Shown: positions 35,846 through 48,187 of the stretch, piece by piece
Numbering within the stretch: the first letter of the stretch is position 1
Layout of the letters: each line of letters begins with the position of its first letter
Assembly (NCBI GenBank): GCA_040285825.1
Contig: JAUPSS010000004.1
Location: forward strand, 496,001-560,000
Length of the DNA: 64,000 bases
Origin: Eukaryota sp. TZLM1-RC
Taxonomy: Eukaryota; Protista; Metamonada: BaSk clade
Direction of reading: 5' to 3'
Made by a program: the position numbers and the translations under genes
Notes under the pieces: generated by a model
Database searches by the model: none
What the model was told of the DNA's origin: nothing
Seen by the model: only the letters and a program-made list of their open reading frames with translations

Positions 35846-37126
35846 ATGAATTCACGAAGGAGACGTCAAGCTTCACGACATGACCATAAACGTAGACGTC
35901 ACCACTCTCCTGAACGACGACATCCCACTCCTCCCCGAAGACTCTATGTTTTGAACAAAGAACCTCCACCACCTAAATCTCCAGATCTTTCTGCTTTTGA
36001 TGATCTCGACAATCTGCTGGCCCAAGCTTCTGAGGTTCTTCAGGAAGCTGAGAAACCTAAATCCACGATGCCGTCTTTTGACGTTGAAACAATAGTTAAG
36101 GAGACCAAGGTAAAACCACCTCCACAATCACTTTCCTTCTACCAACCTGGTACTCTCTCCAAAGACCTCTCTGCCAAACGAGACCACCTTATCACATCTA
36201 AAGCAGCCTCTGTTGGGACAGATGTGGTCAATATTAGTCCAGAAAAAGTCAACTCTTTTCTTTGGTCCAACTACCTTGCCACGTGTCAATCCACACATAT
36301 CGAGTGGTGGGACTCTATATATCTTCCAAACCACAGATCCATACCTGCTTCCCCAACACCTTCTCTCTCCTCTATTCACAAACCTCCACAACCCCCAGAA
36401 CCACTCAGTGATGTTGGTGAACATCAAGAAACCCCAACTATGCTAACACGAAAAGAACGACGATTGGCAAGGAAGCAACGAAGGCAAGAACGAGCAGAAG
36501 AACACCAACGATTAGTCTTATTAGGCCTAGCTGATCCTCAAAAACAGAAAATAACTTTACACAATAAATCTTTAATTCAGTCTTCTAAAGCGGTTCATGA
36601 CCCAACTAGAACAGTGACGAAAACACTTGCAGATATTCAGGAACGAAGACTTGTTCATGATGAGAAGAATGCTGCAAACCAGCTGAGTAAGCAAGATAAG
36701 ATTGAAAAAAGGCATCTAAAGGCAAAGAAAGATGCTACCACTAGTGATGTTTTTGGTTGTTTGTATTGTATTAATGATTTTAGTGATGGTAAAATAAGGT
36801 TTAAAGTATGTGCAAAGGCTAATGAGTTTTGGGTAACTGGTGTAGGTTTGACTGTTGAAGAAAAAGGGGCAAAATTGGTGTTTTTATTTATAGAAGGTGG
36901 TCAAAAAGGGATCAGAAAACTGAAGAATTTGATTGAGGAGAAGATAGAATGGGGGTTTCCAGTTAATTTGGTCTGGGAAGGTGTTTTTAAAGATCGTCAT
37001 TTTGGGAAGTTTTTGCCTGTTAAGTTCGATGATTTCCTTAGTGCAAAGAATTTTTGTGAAGTTAATAATGCAGGATTTATTTTTGATGCAGCTAAAGAAT
37101 TTAATAAAAGAGAGCAAATGGTTTAG
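35846..37126 (+). CDS. PRP3: U4/U6 snRNP protein Prp3
   Basis: IEWWD, MLTRKERR...R...LGL, DPT, HDEKN, RFKV...A...G...EGGQK, LVWEG. Confidence 0.88.
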   Translation: MNSRRRRQASRHDHKRRRHHSPERRHPTPPRRLYVLNKEPPPPKSPDLSAFDDLDNLLAQASEVLQEAEKPKSTMPSFDVETIVKETKVKPPPQSLSFYQPGTLSKDLSAKRDHLITSKAASVGTDVVNISPEKVNSFLWSNYLATCQSTHIEWWDSIYLPNHRSIPASPTPSLSSIHKPPQPPEPLSDVGEHQETPTMLTRKERRLARKQRRQERAEEHQRLVLLGLADPQKQKITLHNKSLIQSSKAVHDPTRTVTKTLADIQERRLVHDEKNAANQLSKQDKIEKRHLKAKKDATTSDVFGCLYCINDFSDGKIRFKVCAKANEFWVTGVGLTVEEKGAKLVFLFIEGGQKGIRKLKNLIEEKIEWGFPVNLVWEGVFKDRHFGKFLPVKFDDFLSAKNFCEVNNAGFIFDAAKEFNKREQMV

Positions 37127-37219
37127 GTTTTTCAAGTTGTTGATTGGAGGTTTTAGTCAAAAGAATTAGTTTCTGTAAGCTAGTTTTTGTTATTTTTTTC
37201 CTAATTTGAAGGTCAAGTA

Positions 37220-38050
37220 TTAATACAAAATTAATGTTGAAATTCCTTTTGTCGATTATTCCTCAGATGTTTTTTAGTTGCTGGCTTGGAAAAATTCCCA
37301 AAATTATTGAGGAGTGTAATAAACTTTTTCTTAAATTGGGTTCTGAACTTGATGCAATTTCTTTATTTGAAATAGCGAAACCCATTAAGTCTTTTATCTT
37401 AAAAATGTGTAACTCGGGTAAGACAACTCACAGTTCAAAAACAAGTTCTCCAAATCTGTCAGGTTTCCCTTGGTTTATCACTACTGTTCTGTTTATCAAT
37501 TCACAAGTTTTTGTTTCATTTCAGTAAACGTTATTCAATGTTGAAAATAGCAGGACATATGAATGATATCTCAATTATTGGTCCGTTAAATGATTTGTAT
37601 GGGATTTCTTTGAAGCTTTACTTTTTTACAGAAATATTGGTCTTTTCCTCAACCCCGACAACTGTCTCCTCATGAAAAATGTAAAAAAAAGTTTAACTCT
37701 TGATCCTGTTGAAATTCCTTTAGTAAACTATTCCTCACATGCTTTTCGTTTCCTAGTTGCTGGCTTGGAAAATTTTTTTCAGAATTACTGAGGTGTTCAA
37801 TAAACTATTCCTTAAATTGGGTTCTGAACTTGATACAATTTCTTCATTTGCAATAGAGAAACGTAGTAAGTATTTTATCTTAAATTTGTAACTCGGGTAA
37901 GACAACTCACATTTTAAAAAACAAGTTCTCCAAATCTTTTAGGTGATTTTGCCACTCTTTGAACCAGTTTTCGTTGAACCAGAATATTTTTGCATCCTTA
38001 ATTAATTGTAATCCTGAACTAATTCGAAGTCATCACCTTGCTGACTTGGG
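37220..38050 (+). mobile_element. Degenerate, tandemly duplicated CRE-like RT C-terminal fragments
   Basis: FILKMCNSGKTTH resembles FFLKICYSGKFTH of the 47087-47902 copy; 37237-37460 is repeated at 37708-37940. Confidence 0.65.
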
Positions 38051-38379
38051 GTATGAAGAATCAGAATTTTAAGTTTGTTGATTAGTTGTCGTTGTTATGA
38101 ATTAATAATAAATGAAAAAAATACACCAATTCACCTAAATTCAATTCAATATGTACATTTGCAAATCAAACGCGAAAAATAAGAACAATGATTTGGCAGA
38201 GTTTTGAATAAAAATTGTTTGTTTTTCAATCAGTTCAGCTATTATCTGGGAATTACTTTGAATTGTTTAAAAAATAAATGAAACTATTTCAGGAACTGGA
38301 AATTGGTGCTCATTTGTTCCCTTCAAACAACGAAAATCTTGTTGATGTACAATTACTCCTTAATGTAAAGCAGAATTGT

Positions 38380-38760
38380 GTAATTTATCTGCTTTTATAA
38401 ACCACAACAACACGCATAATCATAAACATCAAGACCAAATTAAATCAATATTCATTTTCCAATCATATTTTTGATGAATATAACTTCACCCTTGTGATTT
38501 TGTCGTGTTTTAATTGTAATTCAATTCCACTTTTCTGAGAAAGAACTCGAAGAAGCGCATCCACTCCAGCATCGTCCATTTTGTTTGAATTTAAACAAAC
38601 ACAAAAAAGTGAATCATTTTCTAATAAAGCATCTGCCAAATTTATAGCACCATTACTTGTAGTATTGTTGTTATGTAATTCTATTTGTCCCAAGTTCTGA
38701 TTTACTCTTAAACCATCACATAAAGCAGCAAAACCTTCATCTCCAATATTATTCTTATTT
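38380..38760 (-). pseudogene. Kinase-LRR family 3' fragment
   Basis: NNNTTSNGAINLADALLENDSL matches the C-terminus of 50403-52367. Confidence 0.85.
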
Positions 38761-39080
38761 TTTCAGATTCAGAAAAATACTTTGAAATAATTCATCTGTT
38801 TTTAAAAACTGGAATATTTATTGAGATAAAAAAACCCATCTAGAATTCAATATCCTCCAAACAAGCGTCACTATTACTGAACCTACTCACAGCATTACGT
38901 TCATATTCTACACCAATAGCTAAAAGTGCCTTTGAAATCATTGTTGGAATAGACTTGAAAATGCAAAAAACAATTCTATTTAACCAGAAAGTGGAGTTCA
39001 TTGTTTTACCAGACCTATTCAGTAACACTCTTCCAAAATTTTCAAAACAGTGAAACCCTGAAGGTCCAATATTGCCAAAA

Positions 39081-39235
39081 TGATGATCTGTGGGGGTTAG
39101 ACATTGAGTATACCTTAAATGTAATTTATTACAAGGGAATGAGGATTTCCCTTGACTTAAGCGCATGGGCGCAATAATACAATAACTATTAATAAACTAT
39201 AAATAAACTATTATAAATATTATCCAAGGCTAACA
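39081..39235 (-). repeat. 3' LTR
   Basis: Identical to 46290-46444 and preceded on the minus strand by PPT GAAAAGAAGAAAGGGCAG. Confidence 0.95.
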
Positions 39236-42200
39236 CTGCCCTTTCTTCTTTTCGAGCGTCGAGGCCTGATAGGAGTTGGATTAACATTATTGTTAATATT
39301 ATCAGAACGACGTTTACGGCGTGAAGGACGAGAGCGAGTATTAGAAACAGACTTGGAGAATTCTTTATAGGCAGAAGTGTTTTGAACAGTCGAAACCAGC
39401 TCAGTGGTAATATGATTGCCAGGCCATTGGACTTGACAGTAATCACCATCCTGACTGAGGACTTTCTGGATCACGTGCTCTTCTGCATCGCCAGCAGCAA
39501 CCCAGGAGTGAAATTCATCATCTACTGGTAAACTGGAATGCCAAGGTTGGAGGTGCTTCACACTGGCTTTAACAACCATACCAGTACACAGGTTCTTGAT
39601 GTCAGCTGTGGAGGTAGAGGGTGTGTCAATAACTAAGAATGGTCCTTTGTGGTTACCATGTAACTTAGCAGTGGAAGACGAAGCTCGTTTGACCAATTGG
39701 CCAGGAGAGAAAGGGTTGGCTTCGATTTGGGAATCACGAGGAGGAGCCTTGGAAGCTTGACGGAGCTCTGCTTCCTCCTGTTTCTTCTTCAATCTGGCAA
39801 ATTTGGATTGAATGTTGTTGATGTAGGTTGACTCAGACGTTGAGCTTTCGAGGGTCTCTATGATTTTGCCGGGGTCAGCTCTTGGGCTAAAATCTGAACC
39901 AAACATGAGCTCGTATGGAGAGTAACCTGTAATCGAACTCTTGGATGAGTTGATTAACAATTGTACATAGGGTATGTACTCTGACCATGCGTCTTAGGCG
40001 TTAAAATCTACGAGCAGCTTCCTCAAATTCTGCAAAATGTCACGGTGACGGCGTTCGACTAAACCGTTGGACTGAGAGAAGTGAGGGACGGACTTTGAGA
40101 CCTCTATGCCCAAAACTCACATAGAGCGTCGAAGACAGCTTTAGAGAACTCAGGACCGTTGTCACTATGAACTATGAACGGGATCCCGAATATCGCGCAT
40201 ACCTTCCATATGAGAGCGTCAGCAGTAAGGTTGGCGTTGAGTTCTTTGAGAGGGACTATGATAGTGAACCTCGTGAAGCTATCCACAAATACAAGAATGT
40301 ATCTGTGGCCGTCTTGATCTTCTGGAAGAGGACCAATGACGTCGACGTTAACTCTTGCGAATGGTCTGTCAGCCCACAAGGAACCAGTTGTAGGGACATG
40401 CAGTTTGGGGACTGCTGCTGTCTTCTGACAGGAGGGGCATTCTTGGACGTGCTTGGTCATGTCTGAAAGCATGTTAGGCCACCAGTAGTCGCTGTTCTTG
40501 AGTCTGAGGAGACTTTCTGCCTTACTGGGGTGGCCACCTTGCGGGAGTCCATGTAGAAGGTTAAGCGTATCCTTAACCAGTGATTGAGGAATCACGATCT
40601 TGTGCACTGGAGTCAGATAAAGCAGATAAAGATCTAGACGACTATCCAAAGTACAGTTGTTAAACGAGGTGTCCTGGTTAGCGAGGGCTCGCTTTTGTTC
40701 GGACCTGATCTTGCAGAGCCATGGCTCGAAGAGTGGAAGGTCATTGGAGCATTTGTCTTGAAGGATGAGCACCTTCTCAAATGTATGGAGATCTTCAACG
40801 AAGCATCTCTCTGACTCGGTTTCGTCAATCCTATTTGTGTAGTAGATAGGGTGAAACTCTTGGTCATTGGAATGGACCAGATGGTTGATGGTATGATTGT
40901 CTTGGGGCGGTACTATCCTAGATAGCATGTCTGCCCAATGGTTCTCTTCCCCTTTTGTGTGAACGATGTCGAATAGGAACTCAGAAAAGATGGGAAGCCA
41001 CCTTCTGACTATTCTGTTTTTGTTCGGAGCGGTGAGCATGTAAGTAAGGTTTTGGTGATCTGTGAAAATGATCAGGCGCCTTCCTTTGAGGTAGTTCTCG
41101 AAGCCACTTTCGGTAAGCATGAGAAGGATAGCATAAAGCTCTTTCTGTACCGTGGGCCAGTTCTGCTGGGAGTTAGTCAACAATCTGCTGAAGAAGCTGA
41201 TTGGTCTACATTTCCTATTGAGTAAGGAAGTACCGGGGTCCTTAGTGGGTTCTATTTGTTCCCAGATCACGCCGCCAACTGCTATATCAGAGGCATCGCA
41301 ACTAATTAGTACTTGGTTATCCACCGGAGGTAAGTTTAGAGGCATATGCTCCGCGATCAGGCGTTTGATTTCGGCTAAATGGAAGTCGTGAGTGTCTTTC
41401 CACTGCAAGCGACGTGGTTTGCCGTGTGTTAATTTGATGATCGGGGCAACATGCTTGGTTACCTGGGGAAGCCATTCCCTAATGAAGTTGACTGAGCCGA
41501 TAAGGCTACGGGCGTCTTTCACAGTCTTAGGTCTGGGAAGATTCAGTAAAGACTCTGTGCGTGTAGGGTCTATGGTCCTGGTTTTGTGTTGGAATCTGCT
41601 ACCAAGGATCTTTATTGGGTGTCTAGAGGACACAAAATGACACTTGGGCAGTCCAAGGCTAACTCTACGGGTTCGAGCCTTCTCGAGGACACGTCTTAGA
41701 CGTCCGAGGAACTCGTTGAAGGTTCTACCTACTATAATGATGTCATCTATATAGATGAATACACTGTCTCCGGAGAAGATGTCTGCCATAACGTTCTGGA
41801 AAACTGCAGGAACGTTCTTGAGGCCGAAAGCGGCACGTTTAAACATGATGCTTTTGCCAGGGATGCTTAAGGCAGTCTTCTCCCAGTCCTTTTTTGCAAT
41901 CTTTAGTTGCCAAAAGGCTTTGGGGAGGTCAAGGGTACCGATGAAATTGGCTTCCGAAAGGAAGACTAGCACATCGGATATTCTGGGGAGATTAGGTTCA
42001 ACGGGAATAGTGTTGGCGTTGACTCCGTCCTTGCCGCTGTAATCACCAGTAAGGCGAGGCTTACGATGATCAGGGTATACCACAAGACATACTGGAGAGC
42101 TGAACTCATGGTTCGATGGTACAGCAAATCCAGACTCGACGAGTTCATCGAAGATCTGTTCGGCGACTTTCTGTTTCTCGGGGTTTAACCTACGAGGGGG

Positions 42201-42494
42201 TCGTCTGATTCGAATACTTTCATCATGAAAGTTGATCTCCATTGGAGGACAGTCAATCCCATCAGTATGTGGCTTAAGGGTAAATGTCTCTTCGAACTCT
42301 TTCAAGGTTAGAAGTAAGGTCTTCTTGTCGTTATCACAGTCGAGGTTAATAGTACAACCAGAAGACTGTATGTGCTCCAACCAACGTCTGGGGACGTTGA
42401 CGACATCTGAGACTTGGGAGATTCGATGGTCGAATTCAGCCTCAGGCAGAAGTAATGTACGATGTTCCTCATCCATCCATGAAGAGGCCTTCAT
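39220..42494 (-). CDS. Gypsy Pol RT-RNaseH-integrase (frameshift near 40104, stop near 39994)
   Basis: LDLPKAFWQ, YIDD, CDASD, KELYAI, TDH, ADMLSR, H...H...CPSC, VDVIGP, HSDNGPEF, GPF. Confidence 0.92.
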
Positions 42495-44325
42495 CGTTCA
42501 ATAAGCCTAGGTGATGCAACAGGTCTCTACCAATTAGTAACATATTGTTGCCAGGAATGATGGCCAAGCTATGTTTCACATGAACTAATTGGGTTACACT
42601 TCCGAGTCTGAAGCTCAGTGTGCCTTCTGCTGATCCTAAAGACTTCGACATGATGTTGTTTGCAGACTTAAAGTTTATGCAATGGTTAATCTTTACCATG
42701 TTGCATCTCTCTGCTAAATCAACAGTGATGACTGATATCGAAGCTCCAGAGTCGATGATCCCTTCTATTTCGCAGTTATTTATTGAAAATTTCAATTTTA
42801 AATTTTTGCGTGTGACATCTGAGGTGCGAACCATGAAGATATCGCTGTGGGACTCTGAGTCTGGGTTCGAGTCGAATTCATGATTGAAACAGGGTTTATT
42901 TGGTGTTTCTATCGTTGTAGCTGTTTTAAAATTCCGGGTAGTCAAAGGATTAGTTAAGCACTTAATCCACTGGTTGGAGACTGAGGTTTGTTTTATGTTT
43001 GGTGTTATACGTGCTGGAGAGCTGTCTTGCTCTATAGTAAACAAGGAACATTTGTTTGAACGTTGCTTTGATGTATTACCTGTTGGAGAGCTATCTTGCT
43101 CTATAGTAAACATTGAATATTTATGGGAACGTTTATTACTACTAGAAGGGCCCTTGCCTCTTCCTCTACGTCTACCTCTGCCTCTACTACTACTACTACC
43201 CCTAGCCAAATGTGCTCGAACGGCATCTGGGTTGGCATCTCGCCATTGCTTGGATCGCTGGCAATCAGGGTCGGGACATTCGTTAATAGAGTGGCCTGGA
43301 AAACCACAGAATCTACAGAGACCAGCTTTATCTCTTTCTTTCTTAATTTGCGACTTGCTCCTTTTGGTAAGTTGAGCAGGGGCGACGCTGGAACCCGCAG
43401 GCTTAAATTTGCCTATTCTTTTCTTGTCCTTTGGGTTTGCTCTAACATAGTGACCCATATGTTGTTGATAGCTGTCACTGATGTTGGCCTTTTGCTCGTC
43501 ATAGGATCTTGCTGAACACCAACTCATGTATTCAGCAGCAAGGATGTCGACAAATTGTTGTAAAGTATGGTGTTGCCAAACATTGGGTGTGGACCATACT
43601 GTTCTCAGGTTGTCACTGATGGCCTGAATACCAACAGAATCGATCATATGGGTTGCAATTTCCCAGTTTTGAATGCGCTGTAGGAAATGTTGACCATACA
43701 AGGCACGGTCGCTTGCCCTGACGTCCGAAATGGCGGTACTTCGTGAAACTGTTCTCATTAGCCTCACAGTGAAGTCGCCCCAGCGATTCCTAAAGTCCTG
43801 AATATTCCAATTCATCTGGACTCTATATAACTGATTCCTCGCCGTTTCTAAAGTACTATACTGGCTGAGGTGTAAAATTGATTCCCATATTTGTTCCTCA
43901 TCAATGTTGTCGATAGCTGAGATACTATCAGACAAAGACGAAAACCTGCCTTGAGCTCTCAGAGCGGCCAAGCACTCTGGAGTAACACAGGAGGCAATCC
44001 TACGAGGGTCGACTTGAGCAGCAGCTCTGAATCGGTCCCACTCGTGGAGGGGGTTACCATATCTCTGATCAAGAGGGAGGTTCCGGTTTTCTCTGCTTAT
44101 GGATTGAGGAGTGGCATGAGGACGAGAACGTTCCTCAAGTTGTCTTCTTAGTTCAGACACTTCTCTTGCTAGTCTGACTTGAGTAGGATCAGATTCATTG
44201 ATGTCTCTCTCTTCAATGGTCCTCTCAGTCCTAGCATACAGGATAAATCTGTCGATGAATTTCAAGATCCTAAACTGGGTCAGAGATATCGTTGGCTTCC
44301 AGGGTGGGTTTTCTAGGACGACCAC
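42469..44325 (-). CDS. Gypsy Gag plus aspartic protease
   Basis: CCHC knuckle CRFCGFPGHSINEC; protease IIDSGAS...LIGRD. Confidence 0.9.
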   Translation of the reverse strand: MVVLENPPWKPTISLTQFRILKFIDRFILYARTERTIEERDINESDPTQVRLAREVSELRRQLEERSRPHATPQSISRENRNLPLDQRYGNPLHEWDRFRAAAQVDPRRIASCVTPECLAALRAQGRFSSLSDSISAIDNIDEEQIWESILHLSQYSTLETARNQLYRVQMNWNIQDFRNRWGDFTVRLMRTVSRSTAISDVRASDRALYGQHFLQRIQNWEIATHMIDSVGIQAISDNLRTVWSTPNVWQHHTLQQFVDILAAEYMSWCSARSYDEQKANISDSYQQHMGHYVRANPKDKKRIGKFKPAGSSVAPAQLTKRSKSQIKKERDKAGLCRFCGFPGHSINECPDPDCQRSKQWRDANPDAVRAHLARGSSSSRGRGRRRGRGKGPSSSNKRSHKYSMFTIEQDSSPTGNTSKQRSNKCSLFTIEQDSSPARITPNIKQTSVSNQWIKCLTNPLTTRNFKTATTIETPNKPCFNHEFDSNPDSESHSDIFMVRTSDVTRKNLKLKFSINNCEIEGIIDSGASISVITVDLAERCNMVKINHCINFKSANNIMSKSLGSAEGTLSFRLGSVTQLVHVKHSLAIIPGNNMLLIGRDLLHHLGLLNDEGLFMDG

Positions 44326-46313
44326 CTCTTTGTCTATCTCTATCTCTATCTTGTGAACTCGCCATGGCTTCCATCAGTAGAGTGTTGGAATACTGGGGAG
44401 CTATGGGAGTGTTAGAAGGAGTTACTCCTAGGAGCCTAGGGTCCTGGGAAGGAGTTGATGGATCCTGAGATTGGACAACTACATGTTGTTGCATAGTTTC
44501 AACAGTGTCAGTAGTTGCCATTGGCTCATCTTGTTGTTGGTCATCTTGAGGCTCAATGCTCAAAGATGAGAAAACTGTGTCTGTCTCAACTGGGTCAGGC
44601 TCAGAAGTTCTCAATTCTACTGGGTCATGATCGCTCGGATAGTAACTTTGCACATTACCATCGACATTGACCCACAGAAGAGAACTAGAATTGGTGACAC
44701 CAATGTTCTCCTGTACATTCATCAGGGCGTCCCTTAGTGGCCTATTCCTTCTATGCTCCGGACCAAAATATGACGCGCAATGGTCTGGTCTGCGGTCTTG
44801 AAGGTACAATCTTTGGTAGTTCGTAGTGTAAGTGTACCACCATCCAGTCCTGAAGTCTCTATTGATATAAATATCAAGAGAGGCATTGTATCCAGGGCTA
44901 AACCTGGGGAAAGGACATGGGTTACATCGGTTGAGGAAGAGATTCAGCTCATCACCAGCGAAGATCCTCTGTACACCTTCACGAGGAGTTCTGAACCCTC
45001 CAACAGTATCCCGTTGAGGATAATTTGGAGGGGGTCCTAACGAACCGTAAGATTGTCTACTTCCTCCGTTGGGAAGTAGGGACCTATTCTTCTGCGGATC
45101 CTAAAGCCGTGATCATTAACCACTTCTGGACCCCCAAAATGGGGGTAAAAGCAGCAATGAGTTCATTGGGAGGAATCGATGCAGGATCTCCTAGCATTAA
45201 CTCAATACCAGCATTGAGAACTAAGTTTTGAGCTTCAGTTCTCTGTTGGGTAGAGATGAAAGGAGAATCTGATTCCTGGGGTTGGCTTGGGGCTTGATAG
45301 GTGTTAGGCTGTGCAGCACTAAGCACCTGCCAAGCAGCAGGAACAGAAGAAACAACGTGACCTTGCTGAGGAGTCTGGCCAGAGGTTGGAGGGACATGAA
45401 TTACTCCTCTAGTAGGAACTCCCGAAGGAGGAACAGATGGAGTTGAATGGACTTCTGTAGGAGCTACCGTAGTAGGAGCAGAAGTATCAGGAAGGCCTGC
45501 TACAGGAACTTCTTGAGAAGGAGTAGTAGGATTTGGGCTACCAGCAGGGACTGCAGGAGGAGCTGGTTGTTGCGGAGGGCTGCTTTCCATAGGAACTTCC
45601 CTAGAATTAATGGAAGGAGCTTGTTGTCCTTCCCCAGGAGCTTCCGTAGAAGAAGTAGAAGGAACTTGTTGTCCTTCCCCAGGAGCTTCCGTAGAAGAAG
45701 TGGAAGGAGCAACAGGAGCGCAAACAATAGATGAAGAGGAAGGCTCTACCCTCTTGAGCTTCAACAGCTCAGATATCTTGTTGCTAGCCGAGTCAGGGTC
45801 AGTCTGGTTGATGATATACTTCAGATATTCATCTAAAGTACTGAACTGTTCAGGACCTAAAAGGGAATCTTCAACCTCTCCTTCAGAACCAGGGGGAGGA
45901 GAAAGAGGTACAAAGTTTTCCACATTAGAGGGAGGAACAGGAAGACTGATAGGAACCACAGGAACGTCATCCGTAGATGGAGTGGAACCTTGACCCGAGG
46001 GTTGAGAGGAAGTATCACTTCTCTCGCCACCAGAGGGTTGTTCTGTTCCCAACTGAGGAGTTTGGGAGGAAGAACTTGTAACATTGGGTTGTGTAACAGA
46101 ATCTCCGGAGGGAGGAGTTAACACAGGAGGAGGAGAAGCATTGCTTCCCTCGGACCCAGTTGACAAGGGTTGTTCTGGTCCCGACTGAGGAGTTCGGGAG
46201 GAAGAACTCGAAGAGTGAGACGTAGGAGGATCAGTCCTAACAGTCTCGGAGTTGTCATTGGAACCACCCAAAGGTGATCCAATACGTATTGATGATCTGT
46301 GGGGGTTAGACAT
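44270..46313 (-). CDS. Long S/P/T-rich ORF(s) upstream of gag, starting inside the 5' LTR; probably a frameshifted N-terminal Gag extension
   Basis: ATG at 46313 lies inside the LTR; 409-aa ORF followed by overlapping open frames down to gag. Confidence 0.6.
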
Positions 46314-46444
46314 TGAGTATACCTTAAATGTAATTTATTACAAGGGAATGAGGATTTCCCTTGACTTAAGCGCATGGGCGCAATAATACAATAACTATTA
46401 ATAAACTATAAATAAACTATTATAAATATTATCCAAGGCTAACA
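46290..46444 (-). repeat. 5' LTR
   Basis: Identical to 39081-39235. Confidence 0.95.
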
Positions 46445-48187
46445 AAAAGAGAAATTGCAAATGGCACAAACTGATATTTCACATGTTCCACTCTACCTAA
46501 CTGTGCCAAAAGTTCTCTCCATATTTTTTTATCTTCTTTTTTTCGGCGTAGGATAACAGCGAATCAGCGGAATACACTAAACGAGCAGCAGAATTTTTGC
46601 AAACATCAACTGAGACAACATCTACAACATTGAGAACACCATCGGTCCCTGGAGCTACTAAATCTGCCCTTCTTTTACCAAAGGAATCATAAGTTTGATC
46701 TGAAGACAGCTTACGTACTAGTGGCTCAATAAATGCCTCTATATTGAAACTTTTGCACATGTCATATATTTGATCACGAACTGAGTCATGAACAATTGAG
46801 CGATAAGTTATAAAATACTTACAGTTTAAAATATGGGAAAGAATAACAACACTCTTGCAGCGACAAATTAAATCATTTGGTAATGAACAAGGCCATAAAA
46901 AACACATCATTCTTATTGCAGTGGTCCATTGGTGATTATTAAGTAGAAGGCCATAAATGTTGGGAATTTGGGAAATTTGGCAACTTGAGCAACTGTCTTC
47001 AAGATCAATCAAAAAGTTTGCAAAAACGGGATTTTTTTCCTTAGCCAAGCTAAGACGTACAATATAATCCAAGTTTTTTAAAACTTTCAAGATTTTTTCT
47101 GCAATTTTGCAAAAGTCAGTGGTAAGGAGAGCAAGCTTCTTGCAGGAAGTTTCACAATATCAGAGGGGAAACATTTAGCCCATATATTGGGTGAAAGAGT
47201 TTCAATTTCCTGTTGCAAAGAAATAAGATAAGAGCTGCCACAATTTTCAATGAGATAAATTTTTCCAGGAAAACGATTCACAAATTCATAAATAAAATTC
47301 TTTCCACCTCCAATAAAGGCAGCTTTACAAAGGTAGCTTGATTGATGAAAATCAACACCACCAAAATTTGTACAACAAAAAATGTGGCTTCGTAACTCAG
47401 ATGCATCAATTTCCAATAATTTTGTTAAAAAATTGGTTTTTTGTTCATTAAAAATGCGACAAAACTCCAAAGAAATTGATGGTGATGTTGATCTCAAAAT
47501 ATGAGTAAATTTTCCAGAATAACAGATTTTTAGGAAAAAGAATTTCAAATGTTTCTCAATATTTGAATTTTCTATTGATTCGAATTCATTTCCAAATTGA
47601 GTCAACGGAGTCGAAAGTTGGCTTTTGACTTCATCAATATTTCCGAGATAACAACCCAAAAAACGAAAACCAGACTGATCATAATTGATAAAGGGGACAT
47701 TGACATCATTAATGAAAAAATCAATTGGTTCATGGCCAATAATCAAACATTTGCAGATATTTAATGAGAGACCAATATCTTCATAACGCTGTTGAATAAA
47801 AGTTGCTATTTGTTTCAGAATTGTAATAGGAGCAATTACAGAAATGTCATCCATATATGCTACAATATCTATTTCTGGGAATTTTTCTTTCAATTCGCAC
47901 ATTAATGGATGAATTGCCAGAAAAAAAAAGAACCAAGTGGATCACCTTGTTTAACACCTGAAGACGAAACCAGGTCAAAGTTTTCATAGACCAATGTGGA
48001 TGATTTTCCATAAAATGAATAGAAAAAAGGCTCAACTTCTTTTTTTTCTTTTTTTTTCTTTTTTTTGTTCTTTTTTTGCTTTCGCAGCAAAGGTAAAATG
48101 GAACAACGAGATGCAGAATTGAAGATGTAATTAGAATCACTAGAATTAAAAAACACATCCGACGAAAGAGCAGCAGAAGAAGCACCA

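Larger units (their letters stand above)
39081..46444 (-). mobile_element. Full-length Ty3/Gypsy LTR retrotransposon
   Basis: Identical 155-bp LTRs (TG...CA), PPT 39236-39253, AAAA on both flanks, gag-PR-RT-RH-IN order. Confidence 0.95.

Noticed and set aside
38840-39166. 108-aa ORF as a novel gene
   Set aside because: Chance fusion of LTR sequence with the CRE C-terminus
48035-48080. Poly-Lys insertion in CRE RT
   Set aside because: Degenerate T-run that breaks the frame; probably slippage or a sequencing artefact
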